A DNA stretch of 63,881 nt, counting the filler, from Octopus bimaculoides (lineage: Eukaryota): NCBI RefSeq assembly GCF_001194135.2. It is 8 parts of 8 records of this genome, joined end to end, with 100 filler letters (N's around TTAATTAATTAA, not from the genome) between each part and the next. Parts side by side here need not be neighbours in the genome. Positions count along the whole stretch, not along the records: positions 51,281 to 52,702 come from NC_069009.1; positions 52,803 to 54,849 come from NC_068985.1; positions 54,950 to 62,641 come from NC_068983.1; 5 more parts are not named here. One strand, written 5' to 3'. The notes beneath the pieces were generated by a model. It saw only the letters and a program-made list of their open reading frames with translations, did no database searches and was not told the origin of the DNA. Positions 51,645 through 62,741 of the stretch are shown here, one piece after another (within the stretch, counting starts at the first letter, position 1; the number at the start of each line of letters is the position of its first letter). Both the position numbers and the translations under genes were made by a program.

Positions 51645-52000
51645 ATGGTGCAGATGTGTTTGTGTACTAAGATGCTTGCTTCCCAAACACATGATTCTGT
51701 GTTCAGTCCCACTGCATGACACATTGAGCAAGTGTCTTCCACTATAAGCCTCTGACTAACTAAAGATCGAAACTAAAAGAAGCCTGTCATATGCGTGTGT
51801 GTATGTGTGTGTGTGTGTTTCTCCCTCACTACCGCTTGACTACTGGTGTTGGTGTGTTTACGTCCCCGTAAATTAGCGGTCAAGGCTTGAAAAACTAATA
51901 ATTAGTGAATTCGATTCGATAGACTAAATGTTCTTCAAGGCGATGCCCCAGCATGGTCGCATTCTAATGACCGAAGCCAGTAAAAGATAAAAGACAAAAA
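51645..52000 (+). mobile_element. tRNA-derived SINE with an internal (TG)n tract
   Basis: Head ..gttcagtcccactgcatgacacattgagcaagtgtcttc.., internal microsatellite, and tail ccccagcatggtcgc..gtaaaagataaaag. Confidence 0.75.
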
Positions 52001-52658
52001 GATACACACACTCACACGACACTGTTCCACTTTCTGCCCATTTCTAGACACACAAAATAATCTGACTCACGCCTGTACTCACCCTCTCCATCTGCCTTCT
52101 TTGCCTCTCCATAGAACATCATTTCGCTCTGGTTTTAACCCTTCTCCTGCATCCTTTTCTCAATCAATAATTTTCTCAAGTTTCACACTTCTTAATTTTG
52201 TGATTTATTTTCTTTGAGCTTTCAACATTTCAGCGTTCCTCACTCGCTCACTCCCTCTCTCCCTCTTTTTGTCTCCTTCTATCTCTCCCTCCCCCTCTCT
52301 CTCTCTCTCTCTCTGCTTATTCTTTTCTTTCTGATGATGGATTAATACCCAAAACGTCGAGTTACTTCACATCTTTTTCCAACTTCTCAAACGTTAAACT
52401 TTCAAACAATGTTCGTCATATTCCGTTGTTTCTGTGCTGTTCCGTCTACTGTTTTTAGCCTTTACATTGTGTATACACCAACCCAGACACACATATATGT
52501 ATACACCATCGTCACCATCACCATCGTTTTGACGTTGCCATCTTGACGTGTTTCCAAACAAGGTAATATTTCCCTGTTTGGAAAGAAATGGCATTCGTTC
52601 ACAATGACAGGATATCAAACGGTAGACACACAAACACTCGCGTTCACACATGCATACT

Positions 52659-52702
<44 letters not shown>

Positions 52703-52802
52703 NNNNNNNNNNNNNNNNNNNNNNNNNNNNNNNNNNNNNNNNNNNNTTAATTAATTAANNNNNNNNNNNNNNNNNNNNNNNNNNNNNNNNNNNNNNNNNN
52801 NN

Positions 52803-52846
<44 letters not shown>

Positions 52847-53146
52847 ATGTGTTTGTGTGTCTGTGTTTGTCCCCTCCAACATCGCTTGACAGCTTGGTAT
52901 ATTCCGTTAAGAAGGTGGCATAGTACAGAATAAAGCTCGTCTACACTCAGAATTACCCAATAGGATCCGGTTGCATTATTAAATACTTTCAGGTTTGTGT
53001 CTGGGTATTCGACGTGTGTAAATATAAAATTGAAAAAATCGGAGTCAACAAGGAATACGGTTGGACAGTTACTTTTTAATCACAAAATACCTGTCCAACC
53101 GTACTCCTCGTTCTTGACTCCAATTTCTTCAGTCTTTTATACACAC

Positions 53147-53206
<60 letters not shown>

Positions 53207-54099
53207 NNNNNNNNNNAGTTACAACACAAGAGCACTCAGTGAGCGCAAGCATTCACCAAGGTAACACAAACGTCCCCTTAGCGATTAGCCAGAAATTACT
53301 TTTAGAATGCGAATATCTGAAATAAACTCGACTACTCTCGCAAACGGGAATACGAAAAACGAATCAGACAGCTCTCAAAAGTTAAGTAAATCAAAATCGG
53401 AAAAATCTGAAGAATAATCCACAATCCGTTTCCGGTACCTGATCAATCTCAATGGTAGTTATGGAATTTGAAGTTGGCTGTAGAATATTTAGTACCAGTA
53501 ATAAATATTTTATCCTTATTTAATACAAGCCAAAGTTTACAACAAATTCACCATTCAAAATAGTTTTCAAAGGCGTGTGTGTGTATAGTTTCCAAGGCGG
53601 GATTAATAATAACTTCTCCTCAGGACATTTTAAATGAATACCATGACATGTTTTCGATTTCTCTTCTCTTAAATTCCGGCCTTGTCAACGGACAAACAAG
53701 CACGATTGAAAACAATACCACCGATTATATATTGTTAATTTCGTAAATCTTTCAGAAGGGGCNNNNNNNNNNNNNNNNNNNNNNNNNNNNNNNNNNNNNN
53801 NNNNNNNNNNNNNNNNNNNNNNNNNNNNNNNNNNNNNNNNNNNNNNNNNNNNNNNNNNNNNNNNNNNNNNNNNNNNNNNNNNNNNNNNNNNNNNNNNNNN
53901 NNNNNNNNNNNNNNNNNNNNNTATATATATATAAATTATAAAAATATATTAGTGTTATTTAATTTCTGAGCGGTTTTGTTGTCGCTTGTTGATGTAGTTT
54001 GATTTCCTTATGCATCAAATTCTACTCAGAGAGAGACGCTAGTAAAATTAAAAGAGAAATGAAAATAAAAATTTTAAACAGTTTAAAGGAAGATAATTG

Positions 54100-54382
54100 A
54101 GAAAGACTTGAAAGTCAATGTAAGATCGTAAAGTAAGATCATAATGTAAGATCGTAATGTAAGATCGTAATGTAAGCTCGTAAAGTAAATATACCAAATA
54201 ATCCAGATTCTTTGTTCTGTACCAGATCGATCCCAAAATTTAATCATTTCATACCAGTCAAGACTCCAAACATTCCTGAAAGTTTCATCCGAATTTATCC
54301 GGCTGTTCTTGAGATATCTTGTCAACGGACAAACAAGCACGATTGAAAACAATACCACCGATTTCGCTAAGGCGGAGGCAAA
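54100..54382 (+). mobile_element. Non-autonomous Helentron/DINE-1-like element with short core tandem repeats
   Basis: (taagatcgtaatg)-like tandem repeats at 54120-54185, then ccagatcgatcccaaaatttaatc..aaagtttcatccgaatt..ggacaaacaagcac..aaggcggagg. A 47-bp stretch is duplicated at ~53680-53727. The family assignment is by resemblance only. Confidence 0.5.
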
Positions 54383-54714
54383 AATGAAAGAAACAGTGAG
54401 TGTGAAGTTATTAGAATGTAGCCGGTTATATGACGGCTACTTTTGAAATAATACTTTTGCCACCAAATGTAATAGTAAGTAAATATTACGTACATACAAC
54501 AATCATAATTTAATTTTAGCATTTATGAGAGCAACTGTCTTTGAAGATTCATATCATCGTTGAATGCTAGAAACGAGGAGTGGGTAGTCAGCCGATAACT
54601 GATGAAGGGTCCTTTCTCTACGTTAACTTGTCCCTATTTCTCATTTTTCTCATCGTTTACGTATTTCATGTCATTTGCACCGTTGATGCAGTTCTGTACC
54701 CATATATGCATGTG

Positions 54715-54797
<83 letters not shown>

Positions 54798-54949
54798 AAT
54801 ACAAAATATATATAGAGGAATACAAAATACAAAATGGCTGATAGTTAGCNNNNNNNNNNNNNNNNNNNNNNNNNNNNNNNNNNNNNNNNNNNNTTAATTA
54901 ATTAANNNNNNNNNNNNNNNNNNNNNNNNNNNNNNNNNNNNNNNNNNNN

Positions 54950-54980
<31 letters not shown>

Positions 54981-55728
54981 CCTAAAAATTTTGCAAACCA
55001 GATACAAAAACGAAGTGTATATACATACATACACACACACACACAATAAGTATGCATATATATATACACACACACACATATATATTATGCATGTATATAT
55101 TTTAGTAGAGAGCATATTAATATTTACAAATGAAAACTTAACCGTGATATCGAAGTTTCGTCTCGCTTGACGAAATTATTGAATGTATCTCTTTAAAGGA
55201 TATAATTTATAGTAGAATTGGCTGTTATTTCTAGCAGGTCAAGAGACCGCCTAGTGCTTTTACTTTTTATAACTCGAACTAGCGGGAACATTCTATGCGG
55301 TCACATGGACTTCTAGAAATAGCAGCCAGATTTCTTTCAAATCATACCCTGCCGCTTTAAATAAAATAGAATACATTTGATGATGCAGTCCCTGATATAC
55401 AGACACGGAATGGTCACGGCTGGAAGGCTTTTAATCTTGACGGCACGATCAGCGTAGACTACAAGTAATGTAGCTATATCAATTTTTTTTTATTCAGAAA
55501 GCACAAACAATTGTATTTTAGTCTTTATTGAATAAAAATAAATAGTTTACCGTAAAAGTAGTTAATTATAAATATTTACCGACCGTTGTTAACAATGCAG
55601 GCGCTTTGTTGTGTTTGATCAGTTGTGATATAAACAAGTTTGAATGGAATATACTGTCATGTGACCTTGCTTTACCCCTCGTCCCCTAAACAAAGCACCT
55701 GTGTGTGGAGTGTGCGCAGTGCACTACC

Positions 55729-55749
55729 ATGAGAGTCGTAGGAGCGTAA
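55729..55749 (+). promoter_or_regulatory. Candidate short uORF (MRVVGA*) upstream of FBXL14
   Basis: ctaccATGagagtcgtaggagcgTAA lies 49 nt before the first in-frame ATG. It only matters if it falls within the transcript. Confidence 0.3.
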
Positions 55750-55797
55750 ATAAAACAAAGAGAGACAGGGGAGGAATTACCATTGTGAGGAGGCAGG

Positions 55798-57807
55798 ATG
55801 TTTGTTAACCTTTGCTTGGAGAAGTGGCACCACCACCACCACCACAGATGTATAATAAAAATGGAGTCCAACGAAATGGAAGAGAGCGACCAGTATAACA
55901 ACAATAACACAACTACCTGTACGGTAAGCAGTCCTTTGCTTTTTAGAAATGGCAACACTCACTCAATTAATAGGCGAGACGAAAACAAAAGCAGTCCTTA
56001 CAATCTATCGAATAACTCTAAGCTTTCTAGTCGAACCAATGTTGAAAGTAATTCCTATTCACAATGCGATCCTGAAATTCGAACTGAACCTCGTCGTTGT
56101 CCTTCTGAAAGTCTTCGACCAATTTCTGCTTCTCTCCACCAAACATCACATTCTGAAGTACTTTTGCATTCTACCGGTAAAAGTAGCAGCAGCAGCAGTA
56201 GTAGTAACTCGAAGCATCATAGCCACCGTAACTATCACCAGTCTCTCTACAGTAGCCGTCACCACCATAGCCATCGTAAACACTACAGTCGTTACAAAAA
56301 TAACCGTAGTCCTAACTATCAGACGTCTCAACAATTCGATGAAAACATCCAAATGATAACCAACCACGGACGACGATCGACAGATAACTACCTGTATAAC
56401 AAAAGCAGTCGAAGTCATCACAATAATACGATCACCAATAACACAAGTTGTTGCAGTAGTAGTACTGACTGTGGCATTGGCGGCAACTCCGGCAAGGTTT
56501 CTCCGAGACTTTCTTCTTCAGACCCTAACTCCAATGACAATAGTCCAAACCCTAACTTGTCTCCAGCACCTACTTCAGCCATAACATCACCACTTCCGCC
56601 TCCGTCTCCCCCAACAAAGTCTGGAGAGCACGTCCATTGTTTGTTTCCCGAGTTATTGGTAATGATATTCTGCTATTTAGACGTGAGGAACAAAGGCCGT
56701 GTGGCCCAAGTATGTGGTCGCTGGCGGGATGCTGCCTATTCTCGCACTGTGTGGCGTGGAGTTGAAGCTAAAATTCATCTTCGTCGATCAAACCCTTCTT
56801 TATTCCGTAGCCTTGCCAAACGTGGAATTCGCAGAATTCAAATTCTGAGCTTAAAACGAAGTCTCCGTGATGTTGTAGCCGGCATTCCAGACTTAGAAAG
56901 TCTTAACCTTAGTGGATGTTATAGTATCACCGATGCTGGTCTAGGCCAAGCACTTCTCTACCGGTTGCCTTTGGTTAGTGAACTTAATCTCAGCCTGTGC
57001 AAGCAGACAACAGACTACAGCCTCAGCCGGATTGCTATGTATCTAAAAAATTTAAAAGTATTACATTTAGGTGGTTGTTCTCTAATAACGAATGCAGGTT
57101 TGTTTGTTATTTCCTATGGATTAGTCAACTTGCAATCACTTGATTTGAGAAGCTGTCGATATCTTTCAGACCAAGGGATTGCTTACTTGGCAGGACTTGG
57201 TAATGAGATAACTACACAAGGTAACTTAGCTCTTGAACATCTTTGTTTACAGGACTGTCAGAAACTTACGGACCAGTCACTACACTATATGAGTCTTGGG
57301 TTGAAAAATTTACTTAAAGTGAACCTTAGCTTTTGTGGTGGGGTCACTGACGCAGGATTGCAGTATTTGGCTAAAATGCCCAGCCTACGTGAAATTAACC
57401 TTGCCAGCTGTGATTTAGTGACTGACACTGGACTTGCACATTTGGCACGTGGAGGCTCACACATAACATCTTTAGATGTGAGCTTTTGTGATAAAATTGG
57501 AGATGGAGGCTTGAGCCGTTTGGCTGAAGGACTCTTTAAACTTGAATGCCTCAGTTTGAGTGCATGTAACATCAGTGACACTGGTATTAGCTATATTACA
57601 CAGAATATGCATGGTTTAACCACATTAAATATTGGTCAGTGTCATCGTATTACCGATCGAGCACTGAATCTAATAGCAGACAATCTGAAAAAACTGTCAA
57701 GTATGGACCTCTACGGTTGCACACAAATATCTGCAAAAGGTCTTGAAAGGATTATGCAATTACCAAGTTTATCCAGTTTAAATTTGGGTTTGTGGCACAA
57801 ACGGTGA
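55798..57807 (+). CDS. FBXL14: F-box/LRR-repeat protein 14 (Ppa orthologue), intronless, 669 aa; the start may instead be the ATG at 55861
   Basis: The F-box HVHCLFPELLVMIFCYLDVRNKGRVAQVCGRWRDAAY starts at 56629, followed by VWRGVEAKIHLRRSNPSLF and ~11 Cys-containing LRRs, ending LNLGLWHKR*. It is colinear with vertebrate FBXL14. Confidence 0.97.
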   Translation: MFVNLCLEKWHHHHHHRCIIKMESNEMEESDQYNNNNTTTCTVSSPLLFRNGNTHSINRRDENKSSPYNLSNNSKLSSRTNVESNSYSQCDPEIRTEPRRCPSESLRPISASLHQTSHSEVLLHSTGKSSSSSSSSNSKHHSHRNYHQSLYSSRHHHSHRKHYSRYKNNRSPNYQTSQQFDENIQMITNHGRRSTDNYLYNKSSRSHHNNTITNNTSCCSSSTDCGIGGNSGKVSPRLSSSDPNSNDNSPNPNLSPAPTSAITSPLPPPSPPTKSGEHVHCLFPELLVMIFCYLDVRNKGRVAQVCGRWRDAAYSRTVWRGVEAKIHLRRSNPSLFRSLAKRGIRRIQILSLKRSLRDVVAGIPDLESLNLSGCYSITDAGLGQALLYRLPLVSELNLSLCKQTTDYSLSRIAMYLKNLKVLHLGGCSLITNAGLFVISYGLVNLQSLDLRSCRYLSDQGIAYLAGLGNEITTQGNLALEHLCLQDCQKLTDQSLHYMSLGLKNLLKVNLSFCGGVTDAGLQYLAKMPSLREINLASCDLVTDTGLAHLARGGSHITSLDVSFCDKIGDGGLSRLAEGLFKLECLSLSACNISDTGISYITQNMHGLTTLNIGQCHRITDRALNLIADNLKKLSSMDLYGCTQISAKGLERIMQLPSLSSLNLGLWHKR

Positions 57808-60800
57808 CACTAGAAATCAAGTTGATCTTTTGTCTTCAGTTTTATGCAGGTTAAATTTATCTCCTGTTTTGTCTGTATATTTCACTTGACCAAGTTTTAC
57901 ATGGAACACAAGATGTTGGCCTGTTCATATAAGAATATATTCTATGGAAATTAGAAATACTGAAACCTGTCTTGCAATTTGCTTGATTTCAATTTACCTG
58001 AAACAACATCTAATATTCTTAGATCCAGAGTCATCTTAGGAACCAAGATTGCTGCAGAATATTTCTCAAAATAACAAAAAAGACATTTAGGGAATATATT
58101 GACTTATAAATGTAAAACAAAAAAAAAAAAAAAGAAACATGGAAAAACCTAACTCTACAATCTATAATATTTATTATTTTGATCAGAAATGTTTTATATT
58201 TTGCTTAGTTTCTTTATAAACAGTAAATGCATTTTGTTGTCATTTATTTCATTTAAAAAAATTTTTTTTGAGAAATGATATTGAGAAGCAATAATATGGA
58301 AACAAGTTCAGCTGATTGGTAAAAATTCATATTTATTTGAATCATCACTTCAGAATTAAAAACAAAACATGTTTGAATATTAACAAAGAAGCTCTGTTGT
58401 TATAGCCTAGCGTTTATTTCATTGGAAATAGAAATAACACTAATATTTCAGTTATTTTCATGCTATGAAGGTAGCAAGTTGACCATACACAACATATATC
58501 TCTTTTCCATTTTATACTTGGACCATTCTACACTGTTGTGCTGTCTTCATTGGTGATGACAGTAAAGATCTAAAGTAGGATTTTGTTTGATGTAATGCGA
58601 ATTCAGTGCATTAAAATTTAGTGTAGTAAGTCAGCCACTCATCAGTTTTGTGCCTGCATAGTTTGTTTGATGAAAGTGGTTGTAATTGTGTTCTGGCTAG
58701 TTGCATTTATATGACCGATCACAAGTTGTCTTGAAGTTCCAGGGGCTATAAGGGTTGTAAAGCACACTGACCATGAGCTGTTGTTTAGATCAGATCAGTT
58801 TTGAACCAGCAGACCAGCTTTCAAAGACATTCTAACCATGGCCAGCATGCTTCTGATTCAGGTAGTTTATTGGTGCAAGTGTGGCTGTGTCATATGTCCT
58901 TTTTCTAACACTGTAAGGGTATCATTTGAGAAGAGGTTTAGTTGCTATTTTTAGCAGGGTAGGCAACCACACATAGGTTTCCTAACAAGTGTATTTGAAA
59001 TAAAATATTTTGGTTTTATTATTTAGGTACTGAATAGATCAGTGAGAGCTGTATGTGGCTGAAAAATTAAGACTTGGTCAGGACTGTTTGATATTAAAAA
59101 ATGGACTTGATATTGCCTGTGGGGCCTCAGTGTTGACAAAATTATTTGTCCTGATGGTTTGATTATATTGTTCTCTGGTGTATGAATGATATCAATATAT
59201 TGTGTGTGAATTGTGATCTCTTGGGGGGAAAGTAATGTGATGAATTATTATTGAATGATATCTGTAGTATGTTGTATTTTTAGTATTGCTTATGAGTTGT
59301 GTATCAGTGACTGATAAGTACCAGTCTATTGTTTGAACTGATCTAAGGATACAGAAGTATACAAACAAAAGCTTGGAGCTAGCCCACTTTGGGTATGAAA
59401 CACTGCTGTCTGTTATGGAAAAATTATTCTCCAGGGGGCTATGTTTGTTACAAAAAACTAATTGGTCATCATCATCATCATCATCATTTATGCATTCATT
59501 TATTCTTTGCGAGTATGAGTTGGATAAGCCTTCTTCAATACATCTCACTATCTGTTGCATTTCTTTATCATTTCCTTTGTGAAATTCAACATCCTGAGAT
59601 TAGCTTTCTACCCATGTCTTTCTTAGTCTTCTGTTCCATAGTCTTCTTCTTGGAGGTCCTGGCACTTCTTTACCAATCTGTCATCAACTATATGCATTAC
59701 ATGTCCATACCAACACAGTCTCCTTTTTGGCACACTACATCTGATTTGTATTATAGCTAGTTTTCTCTCAGCTCATCCAAATCTACTTAAAAGGGTTTAT
59801 TCTGAGCTTATATATTTTTTTAATATTCAGTTGTGACTGAACACCAAAGAGCTCTGAGCATTGCATTTATCGAAGTAATATAGCAGCGCATAAAGTGCAG
59901 CCTTTGCAGCTGAATAACTGTTTCAAATGTTGGCATGGTGGTAGGGTGTAAGTTAGTTACACAGATCCCAGTTGAGGCTGGTACTTATTTTATTAGCCTC
60001 AAAAGATGAAAGACAAAGTCAACCTTGGTAGAATTTGAACCCAGAAGAAATGCTGCTAAGCATTTTGTTTGATATGCTAAAGATTCTACTAGCTGACCAT
60101 CTTGCAGCTAAACAATGAGTATGTGGATCAGTGTGTGAATTAGTGTTTGTGTTTCTGTGTGTCTTCACTTCGACACCATTTGAGTAACAGTGAATATGTT
60201 TACGTCTCTTGTAAACAATACATTCTGTAGCTCAGTGATTTTAATGTGTGAAGACCAGTGGAAGAAAAGATACCTTACTTGAAAAACAAGTAGAGTTGAT
60301 AACATGAAAGGTAGCTGGCTGCAGAATACTGCCTCAGTTAATCCTGTCCAACTCATGCAGGTCTGGAAATCAGATGTAGTGATGATGATGATGATGATAA
60401 ATGAAAACAACTAAACTTAACAATGATGGTGATGGTTACATGCTTTGTGATAAAGATTTTATCAGGTTAAGTCAGTAATAACAATTATCTTTCATTGTAA
60501 AAAGTCACCAACCTTACACACTTCATAAATTGATTAAGAGTAAATTTTTGTCCAAGTTAGTCTGATAAAAATGATAACCATCAAAACCAAATTTTTGTTT
60601 AAAGATATTTTTTCATTAGAATTTTAGTTGCACTGCACAAGACTGGATAACAACAAGTCAGTGGCTGTTGTAATGACTCACTCGAAAAACAGAAAAATTT
60701 TTATTATCTAAACTACCATAGTTACTTGTGATAGCATAGCTGCTAGAGTTTCAAGGAAACAGAAAAGTTTAGCAAACTCCTAACTCTGTTAGCAATAGAA

Positions 60801-61039
60801 AGCATTCTTTTCCATATGAAAAACAGTTTTTGAGGTATGCTCTAGAGATGTACACTATGATAGTTAATGAAGAATTAGTTTGGCATATTCACTGAGATGG
60901 GTTAGATGTCTTATGTTAACTAGCATGAAATATTACAGAAACGGTTTAAGAAAGGGACTCTGATGCATACTTATGTCAAAAGAAAACCCCAGAATGACAG
61001 ATCTGAGGAATGGTGCAATGTATTTAACAAATGTCTTGC

Positions 61040-61460
61040 AAACAACTTGCACGTGCAAGTGCTACCAGTCGAGAACTCCACATACTGGAAGCCAGCAAGT
61101 GTATGGGGTCATCAGGAGAGAATGCACACCATGCTCAATATTTCTCTAGCCATTGCTCATCATCTCTTTTTAACCAAATCCAGTGGCTAGCCTTCTTCAC
61201 TGTAGATTGGATATTGGTCAAGGTGGTATTTACCTTACAAGGAGTTAGACCTAACGATAACAAGTCGTCTCACACTGTGTCCAACAAACCCTCTACATCC
61301 GACTTTAATTGGAAAATGCTTCTCTTTCCAGCCTGCATTTTCACATTCCTCGAGGAGGTTTACATAAAGGTCAATCTTTTAAAATGTCAGGTTTTTTCAT
61401 AACTGGGATGGGAAAGAGTCCCTGGCACCCTGGTAAACCTGCAGTCACTTCCCAATAGCT
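61040..61460 (-). mobile_element. 3' end of a HERO/NeSL-like RLE non-LTR retrotransposon
   Basis: The minus strand reads YVNLLEECENAGWKEKHFPIKVGCRGFVGHSV..TVKKASHWIWLKRDD, matching the P(I/V)EVGCRGF and A..W.W.KR motifs. Confidence 0.8.
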
Positions 61461-61809
61461 GTTCCACTTTTCATCTCTCACACACCTGTCCATTTGTAAA
61501 TTCTATGTATGTCGATGTTTAACTTTTAATCCTTTAGGATTCACATTATTCTATCAAAAGTAATGTTTATTCACATTATTTTGAATTAATCATGCATTAT
61601 TTTATAACTGAGATTTCAGTGAAGTAACTTTTAATTTTTTAAATGATATGATAGGATTGGTGCGAGAGGCCAGATCTGACCATTTTGAGCATGAAACAAA
61701 TACAATATTTTTGGCTGGATATGGCTGGTTTAAATGCTAAAGGGCTAAGCTGAAATATCTGGTTCCGTATATTAGTTGCAGAGTATGTATAAATTAAAAC
61801 AAAGACTAG

Positions 61810-62253
61810 AAGACCCTATGTCTAGCAACAGGACTCTGCCCCATTCCACGCAAGCAGGAGAACCCAGTCATCCCTATCAGACAATTTCTGCAACCATGTC
61901 ACCCTTAACATATGGCCACCTAACTTGCCAGACTGCAGCCCCCTTGATTATTATGTGTGGGGGTGCAGTTGAGCAAGAGACCAACAAAACTCCTTGTAAC
62001 ACCAAAGGTGAACTGAAGGCAAGTATTATGGCAGCATTCAGCAACTTAAACAAGGAGACCATCCAGAAGAGTTGCAGGAGATTCCAAAGTCGTCTGGAAA
62101 CCGTGGTTGAAGCAAATGAAAATTTTATTGAATAAATTTATTCTATAGCATTCTTAGATATTTTTATGTAATTTTGGTAAATGTATGTTAAAATGAGATG
62201 TCGATGTTATTTTCATTTTTGCATAATTTAGACAATTTATTCACTGCACCATG
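61810..62253 (+). mobile_element. maT (DD37D) Tc1/mariner transposase 3' fragment with its right end
   Basis: QQDSAPFHAS..NIWPPNLPDCSPLDYYVW has 37 residues between the second and third Asp. It continues ..VEANENFIE* and terminates at ..cactgcaccatg|TA. Confidence 0.85.
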
Positions 62254-62279
62254 TATATATAGTACAGTAACAATTAATA

Positions 62280-62641
62280 GAGAGACCTAGCTAAGGATAA
62301 ACCTCTGTACCTGGCTTTCGTTGACATGGAGAAAGCCTTTGACAGGGTCCCCCGATCCCTTATCTGGTGGTCAATGAGGAAACTTGGGATAGAAGAATGG
62401 TTAGTGAGAGCTGTGCGAGCCATGTACAGAGATGCTGCCAGTAAGGTGAGGGTTGGAAATGAGTACAGCAATGAATTCCGGGTAGAGGTAGGGGTCCACC
62501 AAGGTTCCGTCCTCAGCCCCCTATTATTTACCATAGTCCTCCAGGCAATCACAGAGGAGTTCAAGACAGGTTGCCCCTGGGAGCTCCTCTATGCTGATGA
62601 CCTTGCCCTAATTGCGGAGTCACTATCAGAACTAGAGGAGA
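62280..62641 (+). mobile_element. RTE-clade LINE RT segment with an uninterrupted frame, truncated by a scaffold join
   Basis: PLYLAFVDMEKAFDRVPR..VGVHQGSVLSPLLF..WELLYADDLALIAES, with the catalytic YADD intact. Confidence 0.93.
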
Positions 62642-62741
62642 NNNNNNNNNNNNNNNNNNNNNNNNNNNNNNNNNNNNNNNNNNNNTTAATTAATTAANNN
62701 NNNNNNNNNNNNNNNNNNNNNNNNNNNNNNNNNNNNNNNNN

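Noticed and set aside
55154-55173. Hairpin TTTCGTC..GACGAAA resembling hammerhead stem II/GAAA
   Set aside because: There is no CUGANGA-like core or stem I/III on either strand.
55949-56356. Overlapping alternative-frame and antisense ORFs over FBXL14 (also 56146-56421, 57285-57581)
   Set aside because: They are shadow ORFs of the real CDS with no independent support.
61002-61040. SEEWCNVF as the missing last SLC17 exon
   Set aside because: The following residues (NKCLANNLHVQ) do not match the expected final transmembrane helix and there is no good acceptor; the match is coincidental, next to a HERO 3' UTR.
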